From: Massalongia carnosa
Taxonomy: Eukaryota
Assembly (NCBI GenBank): GCA_965645245.1
Contig: OZ287076.1
Span: 1,984,001-2,048,000 of the forward strand
Direction of reading: 5' to 3'
DNA length: 64,000 bases
Part shown: piece after piece, positions 36,893 through 48,699 of the stretch
How positions within the stretch are numbered: the first letter of the stretch is position 1
Layout of the letters: each line of letters opens with the position of its first letter
Position numbers and translations under genes: made by a program
The notes under the pieces: model-generated
Databases searched by the model: none
What the model was told of the DNA's origin: nothing
Seen by the model: the letters and a program-made list of their open reading frames with translations, nothing else

Positions 36893-38229
36893 CTAGATGG
36901 TTCGGCGAGTGACTGGCAAGTCCAGGTGCCCAGTCACTCCATGACACATAAATCGTTTCATATTGAGACGTTGACGTAGGAAGCTCTTCGAGCTCGCGGT
37001 CTGAATCGATAATCCTGAACGAGTCGTGAGATTCGAGTGCTGTCTGATAATGACGGACTCGACACCGTTGGCCGTTCGCCGCTTCCTCTGTTGATCAAGC
37101 AGATATTCAATGTCATCGGACGAGCGAGACATGCCTGTTCGATCGACAGTCGCTCCGTCATCCAGAAGAATCTCCGTCAGACTCGTCCGTCTTCTCCGGA
37201 TCGCTAGTTGCAAGGCCGTTTCTCCTGCCATGTCGGTTGCCTCCTTCGACGCAAGCGTGCCCAGTAAAATCTTCGCGGCATTCGGCTTGTTGTATTCGAC
37301 ACAGTAGTGAAGAGGAGTTCGACCATTCTTGTCCGCCACGTTCGGATCCGCGTGATGCTTCAGCAGAAGCGGAAGCAGGTCTTCTCCTCCACTGTTGCGC
37401 AAGGCGATGTGCAAAACAGTGCGCTCTTTTTGATCTTTCGCGTGAACATTGGCCTTGTGCATTAGCAGCTTTACACACCATTCATTGTCCTTGTTATTCA
37501 CGGCCATCAGCAACGAAGTGAGGCCGCTCTGTTCGTCGATTTGCTCGATGTGACTTTCCAACGCGGGCAAGAACGACGTCATTGCGACGTCGTCGTCTCG
37601 CACTTGAGCAATAAAGCTTTCGGACATCACGAACTGAGAAGTCATGATTTCAGCGGATGTCGATAATGAGGTAAGAGGTTCTGTGCACGATGAGTCCTTC
37701 ATCGAAAATTGCGCTTGTAATGGCGAAGATATGCGTGTTGGAGACACAAACTCGACGAAATGATTCTTTCCCTGCAAGGTATCGTCTCTGAAGTGGTTGT
37801 AAAAAAACTGCAACGCGGAGATATTGAATTGTATGTCGACTTCCAATCGTGCTATGACGGGACCTTGAGCATCCAATTTCAATTGCAGCTTGACCGAGTT
37901 CAGCCATTGTTTTTCCTCCGCGTCTCCAAGCACTAACTCGTTCAGCTTCTGCTCAAAGTTCGCTAATGTAAACTCGCAGCGGCTAACAACAGCATGCGAT
38001 TCTCATCGTCGCTGACCAGATTGATATCCACATTGTTCGATCGCTTCCTCATTACTGCTCCGACCTCACTCAAAATGTCCTGAAACGTCATGACTTTGTT
38101 TCGTAGACTGTTTATCGTGTCGCCGACATCTTTCACTTCCTGCAGAAAACACGCCAATCGAAGGCATACCCGAGTCGCTACATCGACGATACCGATGATC
38201 GCACCCACCTCTCCAACGCCAACCATCAT
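36893..38229 (-). pseudogene. Second HeLo-like-ankyrin copy, frameshifted and internally shorter
   Basis: Duplicate of 22369-24850 at 36657-38551. A 16-bp deletion near 37987 shifts the frame. It lacks the intron and about 200 linker codons, and another indel changes the C-terminus. Confidence 0.85.
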
Positions 38230-38925
38230 CGTCGTCGCTATCAATCGAACGCTGCTGTTCTCGATTAAGACGAGCGGGATCAAGACAGGCAGACTGTAAG
38301 GAGAGACACCATTGCGATCCACGTTATGCGTGCATCGAGCATTACGACATCCGGACGAAGACACTGAATGAAGATGCAACAACAATGACGACGATCGAGA
38401 ACTTCAATCGAGAAAAAGTGCGTCGAGACGTCGCGCGGCTTATGTCTTGTTTCTAGAATTAAATGGAGTAAACGGGGCGCGTGGGGAGTACAACCAAGTG
38501 CTGCGCTGCACCAACAACGTGACCCGCTGAAAGTTTCAGCCTTGCGCTACTAGGCCTGATCGTCCAATCTTTCTCTTTACAGAAGATACCTCGCGCGAAC
38601 GCACGGCCTCTCATCTCCCTCATCTAGCGCTAAGCTGACCAACCTCCAATCGCCGTCTATTTAAATCTCATGCAAGGAAACTAACGGCTCAGGCTGCAAA
38701 GCCTAATGCTTCCCTTCCCTCCAATCAGATCCCTCATCACCATCTTCGATGAATCGCTCTGAAGCCGCCCACGCTGCAGGAGTGTGGGTCCATAATGTTG
38801 AGGTGAATTAATCACTTGATGCATGTTCCAATATTTCGAAGGGAATAATTTCGATTAATCGTGCCAAAACACTAAACCCCAACCGAGTCAGGTCTAGTGC
38901 CCATCACCCTACTGACGCATTCAGC

Positions 38926-41900
38926 TGTCAGGGTCCTAGCCTGACTTAAGGCTGAGATAGAAGGGGGGATCACGGGAGCACGCGAGGCTAGCGCGACACT
39001 CGATGCAGATATTTCTAGCGAGTCGCGCACAATGATTCTTTTCTTCTTTTGTAGATAAATTTTGGTTTAATAGCGGTTGATTAGAATCGACGACAACTTC
39101 CTTACACAATTTATCTACCTATTAGCATTCTTTCTTCCAGAACTTCCAGTAGGGACGAGGTCCCGTTCCAGCAACTTTCTTCCAGATAGGGTGAAAACCC
39201 GTTCCAGTAACTTTCCAGACTAATCGTTTGTGCGAATCCAAACCAATCCAAATTCCAGTACTTCCAGAACTTTTAGAATCAGGGAATCAAGCTTTCCCAT
39301 TTTCAGAAATCTAGTCATGAGCTCAAAAACGCCCATGACGGCGAGAAAGGCCGTAGCCCCTCCCGCAGAGGCCCAGACCGGCCCAGCATTTAACACCCGC
39401 ACTCATTCCGTCTCCCGTCATTCGTCTCGCTCGGATAGCAGCATGCCGGGAACGTTTGAAGACTCCGAATTACCTCAGAACGAACAGATTAAAGAAACCA
39501 CGGAGGGGACGTGGGAAAAAACCCCAAGAGCAGGACGTGAAAAAGAAAAGGAGTTTTTTCAGAAGATCGATGTCTCAGATCATCCATATTACGAGAAGGA
39601 TGTCGCGGAACATCCGTCCCACGTTGCAGCACACAATTTGAAGGAATTGCAGAGCATCTTGCGAGACGAGAAAAAAGGACCCCGATGGTATGACTTCCTC
39701 GCGAGAGCGCTCGAATACGACAAGACCCTATTCAAGAAATACATCTCCTTGCAGGGTGACCTGGAGAAGCTTGGCGAGGCCAAAAAGATCAACAGACGTT
39801 ACAAACAAGTACATGAACGTCTCATCACGGAAAAAGACGATGCCGAACGAGAGGCCCTTCTCGCGCAATAAGAACTATCGCATAGAGATATCGAATTGGA
39901 GGCAATGACTATAGCAAAAGAGAGATTACAGAAAGACATAGACTCCCTGGTCCGCCAGTTAGCGGAAACACGGGAAACACCACGTCATCAACGAGAAGAT
40001 ACCGTTACTACCCGAAGCACCAACGCCAACCCCAGAATTGGCGACCCCGTGGTATGAACCCTAGCAAGCCACTGAAAGGTGAGGACTCGGAGGAGTATAA
40101 CCCTTGGGCGTACTCCGTCCGCAATAAACTGAAGACAGACGCACCCCTCTACGCTGATGAGAACGAAAAGGTCGGTTACGCGCTGTCTCAAATGGAAGCG
40201 CCGATCTTCGGGGCTATGCACTCTTGGATAGTGGATATGGGAGACTCACTATCGGCCGACGCTTTATTCGAAGAGATAGAGCACTATATGGGCATTCACC
40301 TCCAGAGCCGCGACGCCAAGAAAGAACTCCTCAACGTCACCATGAAAGGGGGCGAAAGCGTCAGCGAGTATTATCACCGAATCTTCAAGCTATGGCAGAA
40401 AGCCAAAACTCCCGTTGACGAGCGAATTGAGAAGTTCCTCGTGACGTTAAAGCCTAGCATCTCCAACTCTCTTATGGGTTCAGTCTTTACTGATTTCCGC
40501 CCTTTACTTGACGAAGCACGAAGAATCGAAGACCGCCGCAAAGATGTGGCGCACCACTTTCCTCGTCCCGATAAGCCAGCCGCAACGAAGAATTCCAGCC
40601 AACGAAGCAACTTCTCCGGCGCACAATCCTCAACCCAGTCCTCCGGCGGAAACTCCGCCTCATCCTCCATCAATCAAACCAGCTCCAAGAAATCTGATGA
40701 TCGGCCAAATGCGAAGCTGATGCCAACGATAGTCAAACCGGCAGGTTGTGTAGGCACCTGGTATGATCCAGACCCAAACCCAAAGAAGCTGAAGGACGAC
40801 GAGCGCGAGTCCCTCTCCCGTCAACGCCGATGCTGGGCATGCAGGGGATCAGGACATCGAGGAAACGATACCATTTGTCCTCAATACAGGGACAAGAACT
40901 TGAGCACCATGAGGACAGTAGAAACAGATTCGGGAGCGGAATCTGAGGCGGGAAAAGCCTAGTCCTTGATCGAAATCGCGATCAAGGGCGTACAAACTAG
41001 GAGGTTGTTAATGGGAACGGTGACACTGAAACGAAAATGGTTAGGGTCTCTACTTGTGCCGTCCGCGATATTGAAAAGAAAATCGAGGGCAAGCATTTAG
41101 TTTTTAAAACTAGCATAGCTGGAATTAAAACCCGTTTACTTATCGATAATGGAAGTGAAGCTGAACTCATTGACGAATCCTTTGTGCGTAAACACAAATT
41201 GAACACCTTCAAATTGGATAAGAAGGTGAAACTTACTTTGGGAAATGGAGAGGTAGTACAGCTCCTCTCGAAGGCCGCCTTGATCGACGTGAAAATCGGA
41301 GATCACGAAGAGCAAGTCTTATGTTATTTGGCAAAACTAGAAGCGTATGCAGTCATTTTAGGGGATGGATGGCTGCAAACGCACAACCCAATGATCAATT
41401 GGAAAGAGAGAACGATGAAGTTCAACTCATCAGATTGTCTTGAAAAAGGATGTCTTACACGAGGGATAACTTGCACCGAATTCGGTGTGGGAAGCAAGGT
41501 TAAGAATAGGATCGAGCCTAAGGAAGACATCGAAGTTCTTCCAGTCAACGCAAAACACTTCTTTCGAATGGCCAGAAAGAAGGATCACGACGGCTATCTT
41601 TGGATTCCTCGAGAAACAAAGAAGGCCTTCTGCGCAACTACCACCGGAGCAGTGACATCAGGAGATTACGACAAGTTCATGAAGGGAAAACCGGAATACA
41701 CCCGAGAGGAGTTGTTGAAGAGAGTCCCAGCAGCTTATCACAGCGTAATAGATGTTTTCATGAAGCACAAGGCGGATGAACTGCCTGAGCACCGGAAGGA
41801 GGATCATCAGATAAAGCTCGAAGCGGGAAAAGAAGCTCCGTACGTAAGGAACTATAAACCCATGTCAGAACAAGAATTGGAAGCGGTTAAGAAATACATC

Positions 41901-44718
41901 GACGAGCATCTAGGAAAAGGCTTCATCCGTCCAAGTTCGTCAAGCGCAGCAGCCCCCGTTCTTTTATTTAGAAAACCAGGGGGTGGTTTAAGATTTTGCG
42001 TAGATTATAGAGCCTTAAACTCCATCACGATCAAGAACAGGTACCCAATACCGTTGATAAATGAAACGTTGGGAAAAATATCACAAGCCAAGAAGTTCAC
42101 AAAACTGGATGTCATTACCGCTTACAATCGTATGAGAATGAAGGAAGGCCACGAATGGCTCACGGCTTTCAATACTAGATATGGTCAGTTCAAATATCTG
42201 ATAATGCCATTCGGTCTCTGCAACGCTCCGGGAACCTTTCAGAACTTCATTAACGATACAGTCAGAGAATACTTAGACGTCTTCTGCACTGCGTACTTGG
42301 ACGATGCCCTAATTTATAGCGAAAAGGAAAAAGAGCATTCCGAACAAGTGTTAAAAGTTCTAACTCGATTGAAAGAGAAAGGACTGCAAGTGGACATAGA
42401 AAAATGCGAATTCTCTGTGACGGAAGTAAAGTAGCTTGGATTGATAGTTACCACCGATGGAATAAAGATGGACTCGGAGAAAATCGAGGCGATTCTGAAA
42501 TGGGAGACCCTAGGCTCCGTGACGTGCAAGCATTTTTAGGCTTTGCGAATTTTTATCGACGTTTTATATCGAGATTTTCGCAACGGACGAGATCGTTACC
42601 AGAATTAACAAAGGGCGAACAAATAAAGACGAAATCAGGAAAGAAACGAACCAAGTATAATTCGTTCGTATGGTCTGAAGATTGTCAAAAGGCCTTCGAA
42701 GATTTAAAAATTGCGTTCACCACCGCTCCCGTCTTAGCACATTACGATCCGGCCCTGGAAACATGGGTCGAGACTGACTCTTCAGATTTCGTCAGCGCCG
42801 GAGCACTCTCTCAAATGCACGATGGAGTACTGAAACCAGTAGCCTATTTTTCCAAGAAGATGACCCCTGCCGAGTGTAACTATATGATTTATGATAAGGA
42901 ACTCCTCGCTATTGTAAAGAGCTTCGAAGTCTGGCGCCCCGAGGTTGCAAGTGCTGCTCCTGATAAACCTGTTAAAGTATACACCGATCACAAGAATTTA
43001 GAGCACTTTATGACCACGAAGCAGCTAAACAGAAGGCAAGCCAGATGGGCCGAGTTTCTTTCCGAATTTAATTTCAAGATTATGTATTGACCGGGAAAGC
43101 AAGGAGAGAAACCGGACACGCTTACTCGACGCTCTCAAGATCTCCCGAAAGGATTCGAAGATATCAGAGAGCAACATCAGTTTCAAACGATGCTTCAAGA
43201 GCATCAAATAGATGACGATGTACGAAAAGCGTTAGCAGTCGTGTTCTGCGCAAACACAGCGAAAGACGATGACGACGACGATAACAATCAAGATTATCAA
43301 AGCGAATTCATCGAGGAAGACACAACAGAATCGGAGGAGCCCAACGCAGAACCTACATCAGTGATCGACGAGACCGAGAGCTCAGTAACGAAGACTTTGG
43401 AGGAACTAATTGAAGAAGCTTATGAAAAAGACGAAACAGTTCAAGACATAGTAGCAGCAAAGAGGAAGGAACTGAGGAAACTCCCATTGAAACTCATAAA
43501 AAGAGGAATAAAGCTAGCAATGGGGGACCTCAGACTAGAAAACGACAAGCTGTATGTCAAAGGAAGACTATACGTACCAGATTACGAGCCATTGCACTAC
43601 ATTTACTGAAAAAGCATCACGAACTACTATTACAGGGCCATCCGGTATACAAAAGTATGTATCAGATAATGAGAGAAAATTATTTCTGGTTTGAAATGAA
43701 GGATCACTGCAAGAGATACGTAGTTAACTGCTCCGTATGCCGAAGATCAAAAGCATACAATGACAAGAAGCAAGGCCTGCTGAATCCTCTTCCGATTCCA
43801 AATAGAAAATGGATGGACGTGTCATTGGACTTCGTCGAATTCCTTCCAGAATGTCGAAGACGAAACAGAGTCTATCAACACATATTAGTGATAGTAGATC
43901 GTTTAACGAAAAGACGATTATACGAACCACTAACCTCTCTCTCTACTGATGAACTGATGGATGCGATGTCCAGGATATTATTCTCCTCTTACGGATTTCC
44001 TATATCAACAGTCAACGATCGCGGTAGTCAACTAACCGCTCACTTATGGAAAATAGTTTGCGAAAGATACGGGGTGAGAATCAAATTCTCATCTGCACAT
44101 CATCCCGAAACAGACGGTCAGACCGAAAACGCCAACAAGGTAATGAAAAATTATCTCCGAGCATACGTCAATTACACACAAGACAACTGGGTGGATTATC
44201 TTTCAGACGCAGAGTTTGCCGCCAACAATCATGTAAATGTATCAACGGGAATGACTCCATTCTTCGCAGACCATGGCTTCCACCCACGCTGTGGCATCGA
44301 ACCACCAGGCACATACGAAGGAAAAGGAAAAGTAGAGATACTGCATGCTGACAAAATCATAGAACGGCAAGAAGCCATGCGAACCTGGCTCCGAGATCAA
44401 TTAGCCTGGGCTCAGGAAGAACAAACACGACACGCAAACAAAAGGCCGTCAACCTCACCCCGAATACAAAATCGGGACATGGTTTATGTAAACGCCAAGC
44501 ACTTTGCTTCAGAAAGACCCAGCAGATCATTAAGCTTCAAGAACACAGGACCATGGAAGATAATAAGAATTATCGACAATAAAGCATACGAATTAGAGAT
44601 CCCGGATCAGTTAAAGAACGTCGGGCTTACCCCCATCTTTCATCCGTGGAAGCTACATCTCGCACCTTCCAACCCACTCCCAGGACAAGTCTTATCGCCT
44701 GGACCGCCCATAGCCATA
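38926..44718 (+). mobile_element. Ty3/gypsy element 3, degenerate and 3'-truncated
   Basis: Probable LTR 38926-39106. gag 39317-40962, PR LIDNGSE, RT YLDD, RH, IN (SLDFV, HPETDGQTE). Several stops and frameshifts. Confidence 0.92.
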
Positions 44719-45669
44719 CTTGCTAGAGGAGGTTCGTGCATTGGCCGAACTCCCCCCAACAAGGCGTTATCTGATGAACAGGAATTGGCTATTTGTGATT
44801 ACATTCGAATGCTCGATCAAGCTGAACAATCAGCCAGATTTTCCAATGGTTCGTGGAGCTGCCAATTATCTACTTCGAGAAGCCCATTTAGACGCCTTCA
44901 CTCCCCCCCCATCGTCAGCAATCCTTGGACCAAAAGTTTCCTCAATCGCAATCCTCAGTTCTCCAAACGAAAACAAAAACCTTTGGCGGCCGAGCGAAAA
45001 CACGCGCACAATGCAAAGGACATACGTGAATATTTCGAGGCATATCGGGCTGCGCGCGAGGCGCGGGGAATAGTGGACGAGGATGTTTGGAACATGGATG
45101 AAACGGGCTTTCGAATTGGCTGTGGCAGGGATCATTGGGTGGTGTCAGGTCATTCCAGAAATCTGTTGTTGACAGACCCAGACAACAGAGAATACGTCAC
45201 CTCCTGTGAGTGTATTAGTGCTGGTGGTCGAGACATTCCCACAATGGTGATTATTGCAGGGGTTTTAAGTCTCGAAAAATAGGCGCAGCAGAACGACCTG
45301 AATGAAGATGTTTTGTTGACTACTAGTCCTACCGGCTATTCCAATGATGACTTGGCCATTGATTGGCTCAAACATTTTGATAAACACAGTCGAAAGGGTC
45401 AGGTAGGTGCCTGGCGTATGTTGATTATGGACGGATATGGATCTCATATGACATACGGGTTCTTTACATATGCCAAACGAAATCAGATTGAATTGTTTCG
45501 TTTACCGCCTCATTTAACACATCTCACTCTGCCATTGGATGTAGGATGTTTTCAGCCATTTAAACATTATCATTCCGAAGGCATTGACGAACTAGTACGA
45601 CTCGGAGGGGCAGATTTCGACAAACTCGACTTTTTGTCGATTTTTCAGCGCATGCGAAATCAAACATTT
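44719..45669 (+). pseudogene. pogo/Fot1 transposase fragment
   Basis: LSDEQELAIC, WNMDETGFRIG, GYSNDDLAIDWLKHF, LIMDGYGSH, LPPHLTHLTLPLDVGCFQPFK. Confidence 0.92.
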
Positions 45670-47000
45670 CTAATTTTTCTTGTACATCATTGTCGGACTC
45701 GTTGCCTCTATCAGTATCGTCTTCATCAAACGGCAGAAAATCTCTTTGCAAAGAAGAATCACCTGTAACATCTGTGATGAATGCTGTCTCCGCCTCATCT
45801 TCATCTTCATTATGATGATGATGTATTCATACTCCGATATGTCACCGGCCAGGCTGGCCCATGCGGGCAAAGCTATCTAAGTTATGTTACATGGAAAACC
45901 CTTTTCAGGTGTAAAAACCATATCCCTTGATACCTGTCCGATGTGACACCGGGTCGACGTCGGACAGGAGACGCAGAGCGAAAATTATGTGAGAAGTGTG
46001 ACGCCTTGTGAGATAATGAAAAGAGAAGTGAAACTACTGTTAATTGTACAATAGTGTAGATGCCAGTGAGAATTGGGTCAGTAGACCTGTTTTCATTAGC
46101 CAAGTAGTTAATATCTTTAGAGTTTTTGATGTTTCGGTCAGCTGTTGATAGTTGTTCGTGCCAGCGGCGCGAAACATCTGTTCTCTATTGTCAATAAGTC
46201 TACAGAACATAATTACGTGTTCTGGAGTTTGTCTGTGCAAGCCACATGAGCAGGCCGGTGAGGTGACGGCGGGGACCCGTCGCTGGTAGAGGAAGTCAGC
46301 TAGACCGATCTTACCGGTGCGGATCTGTGTTGTCAGGGCGCTTTCTGCCTTTTTTAGCAGCGTGTGTATTTTCAGTCGTTTTTTGCTCAGTGGGACTGAT
46401 TGCGCTATGGAGGGTTCGGTGACGCGATTTTGATATGCGCTCCACGAGTCGTTCCAGACTTTCAGCTGTCGTGCTTTAATTGTCTGCATTTGTTTTTGAC
46501 GAGCCAACGCTGCTACGGAGACTTCGCGGAGATGCGCTGGGGAGGGGTCGGACCATGGTGGGTGTGCTTTGGGTGGTTGAACGATTTTTGCGTCGATCAG
46601 TAGGTTTTTGGCCCAGGTGTGCTTCAGCTCTCCCGGAGTGGGTTTTTGAAGGCGTTGCGACCTGTCTTGCCTTGAAGTTTGTTAACTATTTTGCTACATG
46701 CGGATTTCATCTTCATTATATACTTGAGATTTAGTCTTTTTCGTTTTCTTTCTCTCTTCTTCTTGCCAAGTAACATCTGTTGCCTTCCAAATTGCTTCGG
46801 GATCGGGAATAGGAATAAGATGCTCGGAGGAAATAGCAAGATCTTGTTTTGAAAGCTCTTTAATTTGTCGTAAACGATTTCTTTCTTGCTTTCGAGCAAT
46901 CACTCCTTCTGCATATTTGGCGTCTCTTTTTGTTAGAAGAAGATTTCTTATCAGTCGCAATAGAGCTGTACAACGTTGTAGGCCGAATTTTGAATATCTG
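45670..47000 (-). pseudogene. Probable pogo-like transposase C-terminal remnant, host of the truncated LINE
   Basis: LIPIPDPEAIW, and an acidic tail continuing across the LINE TSD to LQRDFLPF. Confidence 0.5.
45814..46705 (-). mobile_element. 5'-truncated Tad1-like LINE
   Basis: 14-bp TSD TTCATCTTCATTAT (45800-45813 and 46706-46719), (ATC)n tail, ORF2 C-terminus QIRTGKIGL...CSCG..QTPEHVIMFC. Confidence 0.92.
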
Positions 47001-47200
47001 AGCTGCGCATGCAGTTCGTTCGTCAGGATTTTCCAACAAGAATGTTTTAGCATCACTAATACGTGTTTGTAAGGATACAGAATCTATTGTAGATATAGAT
47101 AAGAATGGTTTATGATGTGATAATAATATAATAATGTGATAATAAATGTGATAATAATTTAAATGATACGGTGGTGCTTTAGTGATATGGTGGTGGTTTA

Positions 47201-47247
47201 ACGTTGCGAGCCTACGAAGCTTCGCTTTCCTACGAAGTTTGCTTTCC
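47201..47247 (+). repeat. Orphan Fot1/pogo-type TIR
   Basis: TA|ACGTTGCGAG with CCTACGAAG..GCTTT repeated twice. Confidence 0.55.
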
Positions 47248-47517
47248 CCGACTAGAAGCGAATGCTTCTTGGAGGGAGAGGATTAAGCGAGCGACTAGCC
47301 GACGATTAACAAATTTGATACCAACCTTAGTAATTTTTTATCACCGCCAGCATCCGCAAAATTTCTAGCACATGTACTCGGGAATTGATGAACAGGTTCT
47401 AGTGAATATATATAGCTAGCATAAGCTTGTAGAGCTACATTTTACGAGTGTTACAGATGACACGACCGCGCGAGCTAACCCGAACCTCTAAAACTTCCTA
47501 CTTCTCCCCCTTTCCTA

Positions 47518-48697
47518 CTATTTCCACATCACCTTGTACCAACCTAGTGATATTTTCTTTCTTGGTATACCTTTTCCTTTATTTTGAGCAGTTTTTTTAA
47601 ACCCTAGGTCACCCTCAACTGTCTCCTTAAAAATATAAGGTGTAATTTCAATAAGGTCGTGAAAAGCGTTTTGAAAGATAGAATCGTCTCGTTTCTTATT
47701 TTTAAGTAAAGATCGACATGTTACAAGATCAGGCACGTATATTAGGTCGGGTTCAAATCGCATTAGGTCTTTAGATACCTGAAAAATAGTCGATCGTTCT
47801 GTTTTTCTTTCTTTACCTGTAATCCAGCCTCTTTAACCTTTTTCTTATTTTCAGCTAGTTGTCGTCTTTTCTCAACATCTTCTAAACTCAATACGCGAGC
47901 CCCTTGAACATCGTATTGAGTGCCCGTACGTTGAGCTCGTTGTTTTTTCGTGTATTAGCTGCTAAAAGCTCCGTATTAGTACGATTCAAGACAATACGGT
48001 CAGTCATAGCAAGCCTAGCTGCTTTAAAGGTTTTTTGTAGAAGAGTAAGCTTAGAGGAATCAAGAGTCTGATGGCGAAATAGTAATATAAACTCCTCAAC
48101 CTTTGAGACTTGTACTATGTTTCCTGATATTGGTGATATTTGGCCTGAAAGATAACGCGTTTGTATAAGAGTACTATCGCTAGGTAGAGTGTCATCGTCC
48201 GTATAAGGCTTAGCTGATATTTTGTCAAAGGCGGAGTCTAGTAGCTCTAGAGTAGTTAACCCAGCTCTGAAGAGATCCCTCCTCCTCGGGCGTTAACCTC
48301 TGGTTTGAAGTAACGTACGATACCTGGTCCTGGCGACTGTTTATCCTGTGATACAATGTTGTTTTCGGTACCGCATGAAGTCAAGCAGCTTGCGTAATAG
48401 ATTACGACCCTTCTGCCTTCTCATATACCTTAACTGCCTATTTTAAACGTTCTCTAACCTCGTCTTTCAAGGTAGTACGCAATCCCGATTTTGTAACTCG
48501 AAACTGCCGGAAGAAGCCATTTCAACGGTGTAATTTATCGATAATCAGCTATTATAATCATTATAATACCCTTTACCTTATTAGATCAGTTTTAGGGTTT
48601 TCTTCAATAAGTTGTAGAAGATATAATGGTTGAAAGTAAGTTTCGTGGTTTTGTTAGTTCCGAATAAGCGGGTGTTCCGAATACAGGTGAATTACGT
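47518..48697 (-). mobile_element. Heavily mutated, internally deleted pogo element
   Basis: TIR ...GAATTACGT|TA with TTCCGAATA twice. HTH SITQAA*LHAVPKTTLYHRI...LTPEEE is joined to the C-terminal NTELLAANTRKK..GARVLS. Confidence 0.75.
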
Positions 48698-48699
48698 TA

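Noticed and set aside
43657..45282. Integrase-transposase fusion protein
   Set aside because: The ORF passes through out-of-frame pogo sequence and both parents are pseudogenised.
47201..48697. The two ACGT-type TIRs as one element
   Set aside because: Their sequences do not match beyond ACGT.
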